NCBI GenBank assembly: GCA_035221665.1
Contig: CM069137.1
Coordinates: 28,458,001 to 28,522,000 of the forward strand
Reading direction: 5' to 3'
Source: Okamejei kenojei
Taxonomy: Eukaryota
Length of the DNA: 64,000 nucleotides
Shown: positions 63,061 through 64,000 of the stretch, piece by piece
Layout of the letters: each line of letters begins with the position of its first letter
Numbering within the stretch: the stretch's first letter is position 1
Position numbers and translations under genes: made by a program
The notes under the pieces: model-generated
What the model was told of the DNA's origin: nothing
The model's database searches: none
What the model saw: only the letters and a program-made list of their open reading frames with translations

Positions 63061-64000
63061 ATATTTTCAAAACTCTTTAGATTCTGGAGTAGTTCCTGAG
63101 GATTGGAGGGTAGCTAAAGTAACCCCACTTTTTAAAAAGGGAGGGAGAGAGAAAAAGGGGAATTACAGACCAGTTAGTCTAACATCGGTAGTGGGGAAAC
63201 TGCTAGAGTCAATTATTAAAGATGGGATAGCAGCGCATTTGGAAAGTGGTGAAATCATTGGACAAAGTCAGCATGGATTTACGAAGGGTAAATCATGTCT
63301 GACGAATCTTATTGAATTTTTTGAGGATGTAACTAATAGAGTGGATAAGGGAGAAGCAGTGGATGTGTTACATATGGACTTTCAGAAGACTTTTGACCAG
63401 GTCCCACACAAGAGATTGGTATACAAACTTAAAGCACACGGTATTGGTGGTTCAGTATTGATGTGGATAGAGAACTGGCTGGCAGACAGGAAGCAAAGAG
63501 TAGGAGTGAACGGGTTCTTTTCAGGATGGCAGGCAGTGACTAGTGGGGTGCCGCAAGGCTCAGTGCTGGGACCCCAGCTATTTACAATATACATTAATGA
63601 TTTGGACGAGGGAATTAAATGCAACATCTCGAAGTTTGCGGATGACACGAAGCTGGGGGGCAGTGTTAGCTGTGAGGAGGATGCTAGGAGGCTGCAGGAT
63701 GACTTGGATAGACTGGGTGAGTGAGCAAATGCATGGCAGATGCAGTATAATGTGGATAAATGTGAGGTTATCCACTTTGGTGGCAAAAACAGGAAAGTAG
63801 ACTATTATTTGAATGGTGACCGATTAGGAAAAGTGGAGATGCAGCGAGACCTGGGTGTCATGGTACACCAGTCATTGAAAGTAGGCATGCAGGTGCAGCA
63901 GGCTGTGAAGAAAGCGAATGGTATGTTGGCATTCATAGCAAAAGGATTTGAGTACAAGAACAGGGAGGATCTACTGCAGTTGTACAGGGTCTTGGTGAGG
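63061..64000 (+). mobile_element. CR1 LINE RT region, runs off the window
   Basis: ORF 63056-63724: [32 protein letters not shown]; same subfamily as 21060-22000. Confidence 0.95.

Overview
Vertebrate genomic DNA, most likely from an elasmobranch (skate/ray-like; inferred from HE1/V-SINE and HER1/CR1-type repeats), with two N gaps (39021-39330, 49516-49650). The only host coding sequence I can support is one 163-bp exon (4108-4270, +) of an LRP1/LRP1B receptor. I found no next exon, so the rest appears to be one intron of about 60 kb, which favours LRP1B. The intron is dense in transposable elements: CR1 and Rex1/Babar LINEs, V-SINEs, four PIF/Harbinger MITEs, a decayed DD34E Tc1 element, a head-to-tail cluster of non-autonomous Helitrons (15241-19849), a truncated class I-like endogenous retrovirus (30045-34644, -), Penelope-like elements (PLEs) with hammerhead-like motifs, and a full-length DIRS1 retrotransposon (57118-62526). 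The most notable observations are: (1) a 63-bp in-frame duplication in the DIRS RNase H whose copies differ at 7 synonymous and 1 non-synonymous sites, suggesting a chimera of two lineages; (2) a perfect 93-bp fold-back PLE mini-element with a 15-bp target-site duplication (TSD), an architecture that recurs in older copies; (3) a PLE reverse transcriptase (RT) fragment inserted with a TSD into the retroviral RT; (4) Helitrons that have captured retroposon tails. I see no clearly new multi-gene system. All family calls come from motif recognition, not database searches, and boundaries of old repeats are approximate.
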